From the NCBI GenBank assembly GCA_902511005.1, contig CABXDN010000002.1, positions 77,595-141,594 on the forward strand: a stretch of 64,000 nt of DNA, in the 5' to 3' direction. A program made the position numbers and the translations under genes. Below the pieces are notes generated by a model. It saw only the letters and a list, made by a program, of their open reading frames with translations. It was not told where the DNA came from and did not search any database. Source of the stretch: an uncultured Candidatus Poseidoniales archaeon (GTDB lineage Archaea; Thermoplasmatota; Poseidoniia; Poseidoniales; Thalassarchaeaceae). Each line of letters begins with the position of its first letter. The first letter of the stretch is position 1. Positions 59,375 through 64,000 of the stretch are shown piece after piece.

Positions 59375-61627
59375 TTAACCGATAACTTCAGCCCAAGCAA
59401 GCATTCTTCCATTTTGAGCATCCATTGCGAAATTTACACTATGTTCACGATTAGAATCTGTCCATTCTCTACTCCCTACAACTAACACTTGTCCTTCTGT
59501 TAAATCACCAGGAAGGAAGGAAAGTAGATCATTCTCTTCAGATACTGATAGCCTGTAACCATAGGTCGTACCAACTAAATCATGAGATACCTGTAAATCT
59601 TGATATCTATTATCATCAAGAATCCTATCTTCTAAATTCTTCAATGTGTGTGTCGATGGTATAGCATCTTGATTCCAGGTAATTTCGCCATCATTTCTTC
59701 TCTCGCTCTCAAAGGAACACCCATCATTTTGACGAACTATTGCCCATCCTGAAGTCTCATCAGAACGAACCCAAGAGAGATTCCATTCTTCGAAACCGCC
59801 ATTGTCATCTTCATTATAAGAATAAATTGCTTGCCAAATATAGCCCTCCGAATCAATTGCAACAGTAATATCACGATTAGTATGATTGGCCCGTAAACAG
59901 TTAGTTGCATCTTCTAGACTGAAACTTCTAATTTCCGATTCATCCCACATAGCAGTAGACCAATCTTTCTTTGCTGATTCACTTAATTTATCCTCACCGG
60001 GTCCGGGTCGGCTCACATAGGTGGAACCCCAAGAAATTGATTTAGTACCTGAATCTGAGGTTATTTCACTCATTTTCATATTTATTCTCAAGGTACCTTC
60101 TGGTAAAGCTGCATCAGTTGCTGTACTCTCAATAAAACTACAGTCAGACGTACTCTGATCTTTATCGATCAAAACATCGACTATTTGTTCAACGGGCCAA
60201 GGCACCCCATTTTTAACTAAAATATCAATATTCATTCTACCAAGACATCTTTCAACTTCTGTATGGGTAATTTCAACCGGATAAACTAGGCCGTAACCTT
60301 CTTTTCTCTGTTCAATACCAACGGACCATTTCCAATCTTTATTCCAATCAGACAAGTCCTCAGACTTCATCCCAGATTCTAACTTAATATCTCCAAAAAA
60401 TTCATGTAATTCAATAGGGGTGAGTGGGAAGGTCAATAATGTAGCAATTCCATCTAAATTACTAAACCCATCAACGCCAAAAGTTACGATGTTCGCGTTT
60501 GTTCTAACATTATCAATATCAGTAAAAGATATCGCAGATTCAGATCTTAAGAGACTATGTTCTGCTAGTTCATCATAAATATCTGTAGTCATTTCAAGTT
60601 GATTACCAGATAGTGACCAACCGAGATTACCACAAACATTTGTGCTTCTATCTTTCCAAGTCTTACCCTCCAAATCAACAGTAAGGCTGTGAGTAACTCT
60701 TTGTTGAACAGTCAAATGAGAACGGCCATATGCATCTTTCGCAGAAACTGTACCTTGTAAATCGGTTACAGTTTTATCAACCGGATGTGTGATTTCATCA
60801 TCATTTCCTTTGATAATTTCAATTGAACCGGTCCCTCCAATATTTACTGTTAATCGATTACATGCATCTTGAATTGCAGTATCAGGCAATAAGTCTCTCA
60901 ATAAAGAAACCATTTCATCGCCTTCAAAATCAATTAGTCCGTCACTCAAGGTAAAAGTCATTGAATCTTCGTAATTTAGAGGCCGTGCTTGAAACGAAGA
61001 ATCAGAGGAAAGAAAGTAAAATACACCTGCTCCAACGAGTAAAATAACTACAAATACTGCTGAAATCTGAGGCCAGTATGTTTTGAAAATATCCAATGAA
61101 GGAAGTGTGATGGTCAGAGAAGGTTTCTCAATATCTTCATTCGAATCGATGAAATCTTTCTTAGTGTCTGTAAATTCAGTAGAGCCCCAAGAATCTTCTT
61201 CATCTAATATCAGAGATTCTCCCACTATTTTGTCTACAGAAGGAGCCGGTTCTTCGAGAATTTCCGCCTCTAATATTTCTGCCACCATGACCTCATTTTT
61301 AGTAATCTCTTCTGAAGGAATAGTAATACTTTCTTTAATATCAACGCGTGATATTAAACGATCTATCGCATCATCAATATCTCTAGATGAACGGATTTTA
61401 TCTTTAGTTTCAATAACAGGAGGTTGAACCTGATTTATTTCAGCCATATCCTCTTCGAGAAATAATTCACCATCTTCTTGATTTGTAGAAGCATTTTCTA
61501 AAATCCTCACAATTAACTCTGCTTTATTACCTGAGATTAATAATTGGCTGTTTTTGCATATCTCTCTTAACTCTGAAACCTTCATTTTTGATAATGAGTC
61601 GAAGCTAAAAGACTCGTCGTCGGCCAT
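59375..61627 (-). CDS. SAP-domain bitopic membrane protein with large extracellular domain
   Basis: LSKMKVSELREICKNSQLLISGNKAELIVRI (SAP), acidic linker, TM ISAVFVVILLVGAGVFYFL, about 530-aa C-terminal region; start placed at ATG 61627. Confidence 0.8.
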   Translation of the reverse strand: MADDESFSFDSLSKMKVSELREICKNSQLLISGNKAELIVRILENASTNQEDGELFLEEDMAEINQVQPPVIETKDKIRSSRDIDDAIDRLISRVDIKESITIPSEEITKNEVMVAEILEAEILEEPAPSVDKIVGESLILDEEDSWGSTEFTDTKKDFIDSNEDIEKPSLTITLPSLDIFKTYWPQISAVFVVILLVGAGVFYFLSSDSSFQARPLNYEDSMTFTLSDGLIDFEGDEMVSLLRDLLPDTAIQDACNRLTVNIGGTGSIEIIKGNDDEITHPVDKTVTDLQGTVSAKDAYGRSHLTVQQRVTHSLTVDLEGKTWKDRSTNVCGNLGWSLSGNQLEMTTDIYDELAEHSLLRSESAISFTDIDNVRTNANIVTFGVDGFSNLDGIATLLTFPLTPIELHEFFGDIKLESGMKSEDLSDWNKDWKWSVGIEQRKEGYGLVYPVEITHTEVERCLGRMNIDILVKNGVPWPVEQIVDVLIDKDQSTSDCSFIESTATDAALPEGTLRINMKMSEITSDSGTKSISWGSTYVSRPGPGEDKLSESAKKDWSTAMWDESEIRSFSLEDATNCLRANHTNRDITVAIDSEGYIWQAIYSYNEDDNGGFEEWNLSWVRSDETSGWAIVRQNDGCSFESERRNDGEITWNQDAIPSTHTLKNLEDRILDDNRYQDLQVSHDLVGTTYGYRLSVSEENDLLSFLPGDLTEGQVLVVGSREWTDSNREHSVNFAMDAQNGRMLAWAEVIG

Positions 61628-61761
61628 GGTTAACAGGCTTAGTCGAATAGGTGAGTCTTTCAATACCTTCCTTCTTCTGTGTTACAGAATGGCCAGTAGT
61701 GGATAAAAATACGATTTACGGAGGCAAAGAACTCAAGAAGGGTAGGAGGCCGCGACAAAAT

Positions 61762-62721
61762 ATGGACCCTCGATTGGTAATTCTATCTCGTGGGCCGCAG
61801 TTGTACTCAACTAAACGTCTTGCGGAAGAGGCTGAAAAGGTAGGATGGGACGTTAGAATTCTAGATCCTCTCTCACTAACAGTCGTAGTAGATGATAAAG
61901 GAGGTAGAATTTTTCACAAAGGATGGGAAATTAAATGTGAAGCGATTATACCGAGAATTGGATATTCGATTACTGATAGAGGAGTCCCTATAGTACGTCA
62001 GTTTGAAAGAATGGGAGTTATTGTAATGAACTCTGGCGATGGGATAATAAGGAGTAGAAACAAACTAATCGCGTGCCAAATGATGTCTGCAGGAAATATT
62101 CCTGTGCCCGTTACCGCTCAAATAGTATCTTGGGAAGATACAAACAGAGCAATTAACAGAGTAGGAGGAACTCCTTGCGTAGTAAAATCAACTCAAGGAA
62201 CACATGGAGCGGGCGTCTTTTTAGCACATACTGATCAACATGCTAGGCAATTAGTCTATCAAATGTTAGAAAGAGGGATGAGACCTCTCATTCAAGAATA
62301 TATCAAAGAGTCTCATGGAAAGGATATACGTGCATTAGTAGTTGGAGGAAAAGTAGTAGCCTGTATGCGTCGAAGAGCAAATGGAGATGAATTTCGTTCA
62401 AATTTTCATCTAGGAGGAAGTGTAGAAAAAGTCCAAATAGACCCGAAATTCGAGACTATTGCTATTGAAGCAGCAAATATTTTAGGACTTGAAATTGCAG
62501 GTGTAGATTTACTAGAATCAGAAAGAGGTGCTCTTGTTTTAGAAGTAAACTCAAGTCCTGGATTAGAAGGTATTGAGAAAGCATCAGAAAAAAATGTAGC
62601 GGGAGCTGTGGCTGAAAGACTCAATCAATTACTACAAAATTCTGATCAAGATGATGGTGATTTATCTGCTAATTTTCAGGATTCAAATCATAGTAAAACA
62701 GGTAGTTTCTCAGAATACTAA
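61762..62721 (+). CDS. rimK: RimK-family ATP-grasp alpha-L-glutamate ligase
   Basis: LYSTKRL, IPRIG, GTHGAGV, QEYIKE..GKDIR, FRSNFHLGG, EVNSSPGLEGIE. Confidence 0.92.
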   Translation: MDPRLVILSRGPQLYSTKRLAEEAEKVGWDVRILDPLSLTVVVDDKGGRIFHKGWEIKCEAIIPRIGYSITDRGVPIVRQFERMGVIVMNSGDGIIRSRNKLIACQMMSAGNIPVPVTAQIVSWEDTNRAINRVGGTPCVVKSTQGTHGAGVFLAHTDQHARQLVYQMLERGMRPLIQEYIKESHGKDIRALVVGGKVVACMRRRANGDEFRSNFHLGGSVEKVQIDPKFETIAIEAANILGLEIAGVDLLESERGALVLEVNSSPGLEGIEKASEKNVAGAVAERLNQLLQNSDQDDGDLSANFQDSNHSKTGSFSEY

Positions 62722-62834
62722 TTTTTGATATCGGCATTTAGAATATTCAGCAGAAAAGGCCCCTCCTCCACTAGAATAGGAGAAGCATTCAAGTCCAAGC
62801 AGGGAACCTTGGGCTTGTCCATAAGGGACATGGG

Positions 62835-63983
62835 ATGCGCGTCGTTCGCGACGATGAGGCGAGGGAATTGACTAAACAGAATGAACAGATTGACAACTCT
62901 TGGGTGGATGAAAAACCACAAAATGAGTCTGATTTAAGCAGTAGTGAATTATTAATTCATACAAAGAATCTACCTCAAAGACTTCAGAGATTAGCATTAT
63001 TACCTTGGTTCGAATGTTGGAAACAGCAACTACGAACTGAGAAAAAAAGTGAGCATACCATTAGAGCATATGTTGTAGCAGCAAAAACATTCACTATTAC
63101 ATCATTACCTAATGAAGAAAATGAAACATGGGATACCATACAGAATCTCCGAGTTTCAGAGTTGTTTACTAGAAGTAACCCAAATAATGGTCGAATTGAT
63201 TCATGGCTAAATACAATTGGAGAATTACGGCCAGCAACTATCAATGCAAGGATTGCAGCAATTACTCATCTTCTAAAATGGCTAGGATATACGATTCCTG
63301 AGTGGATTCAAAGACCCAGTAGATCAAGATCTTTGCCTCGAACTTTAGGAAAAAGTGATTTGAAAAAAGTTAGACTTGCAGCAACTAGATCGGAGGATCC
63401 AATAGCATTTCCAATTATTACAATGATGCTGGATACTGGATTGAGATGTTCAGAAATTTGTAATTTAGACTTAGATGACGTAGATTTAGATGATTTGTCA
63501 GCCTTAGTAATTGGAGGAAAAGGAGAGAAAGATCGTACTGTTCTTTTTACTAATGCTACATTAAATGCTTTAGAATCTTGGAGGCCAATAAGAAATGCAA
63601 GATTGAAATCTTGTACTAGAAAAGACGATGAAAGATCGTTATTCTTTTCCAGTAGGAGTAGAAGATTGAACCCCCGGTCTGTTCAAAAGTTACTTGATCG
63701 AATTGCAGATGCTTCCGATATACCAAGGTCAAGACTCAGCCCCCACGTTCTAAGGCACTCTTTTGCTACTGGATTATTGGAAAGAGGCGCCGATTTAGTA
63801 ACAATACAGAGACTTCTAGGGCATGCTAATATTTCCACTACAAGAGTATACTTAGAGATTGGTGATCAAACGCTCAGAGAAATTTACCACCGTGCGCAAT
63901 CATCACAAGAAAATGATAAAAATGAAAGTGATGAAGAAATTTCTACAGGAAATAAAATTGAAAGTGCGCCAATAATTGAATGA
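62835..63983 (+). CDS. xerA: Tyrosine recombinase XerA
   Basis: LPRTL, TGLRCSE, GKGEKDR, SPHVLRHSFAT, LLGH, TTRVY; housekeeping context. Confidence 0.88.
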   Translation: MRVVRDDEARELTKQNEQIDNSWVDEKPQNESDLSSSELLIHTKNLPQRLQRLALLPWFECWKQQLRTEKKSEHTIRAYVVAAKTFTITSLPNEENETWDTIQNLRVSELFTRSNPNNGRIDSWLNTIGELRPATINARIAAITHLLKWLGYTIPEWIQRPSRSRSLPRTLGKSDLKKVRLAATRSEDPIAFPIITMMLDTGLRCSEICNLDLDDVDLDDLSALVIGGKGEKDRTVLFTNATLNALESWRPIRNARLKSCTRKDDERSLFFSSRSRRLNPRSVQKLLDRIADASDIPRSRLSPHVLRHSFATGLLERGADLVTIQRLLGHANISTTRVYLEIGDQTLREIYHRAQSSQENDKNESDEEISTGNKIESAPIIE

Positions 63984-64000
63984 TTATTTACGAGCAGGAT

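Noticed and set aside
62835-63983. Tyrosine recombinase as a provirus or island integrase
   Set aside because: Xer-like motifs with housekeeping neighbours and no att or viral genes on the visible side; the right flank is outside the window
1-64000. CRISPR arrays, cas genes, rRNA, IS elements, inteins
   Set aside because: No repeat-spacer periodicity, transposase, rRNA-like tract or intein insertion seen by eye

Overview
Low-GC archaeal chromosome segment. Its gene content (uS2, L7Ae-eS28-eL24, ndk-aIF5B, EF-1alpha-uS10, eS8-SRP19, PolB, Gins51, XerA, DHS, PGF-CTERM protein, plus bacterial-type UvrB, IlvE, PepC and RimK) best fits Marine Group II Euryarchaeota / Ca. Poseidoniales; this is an inference. 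Most of the window is housekeeping, with tRNA-Ile(GAT), tRNA-Leu(CAA) and a 59-aa Hc1-like gene (19841-20020) missing from the ORF track. There are two accessory islands. Island 1 (about 25.3-33.6 kb) splits the rpl7ae-rps28e-rpl24e / ndk-infB cluster. It carries a BsuBI/PstI-type R-M pair and a three-gene operon (HTH protein, paralogue, SF2 helicase) whose three proteins share five copies of one unnamed domain, a candidate new defence system. Island 2 (about 45.8-47.7 kb) holds an HNH nuclease, a catalytically degenerate HNH paralogue and an HTH protein related to the island-1 HTH. A second candidate new system lies near xerA: a SAP-domain membrane protein, then ParA, then an EamA transporter whose N-terminus carries the ParB-type ParA-activating peptide KGLGRGL, with no parB in the window. 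All calls come from reading motifs by eye; no database searches were run.
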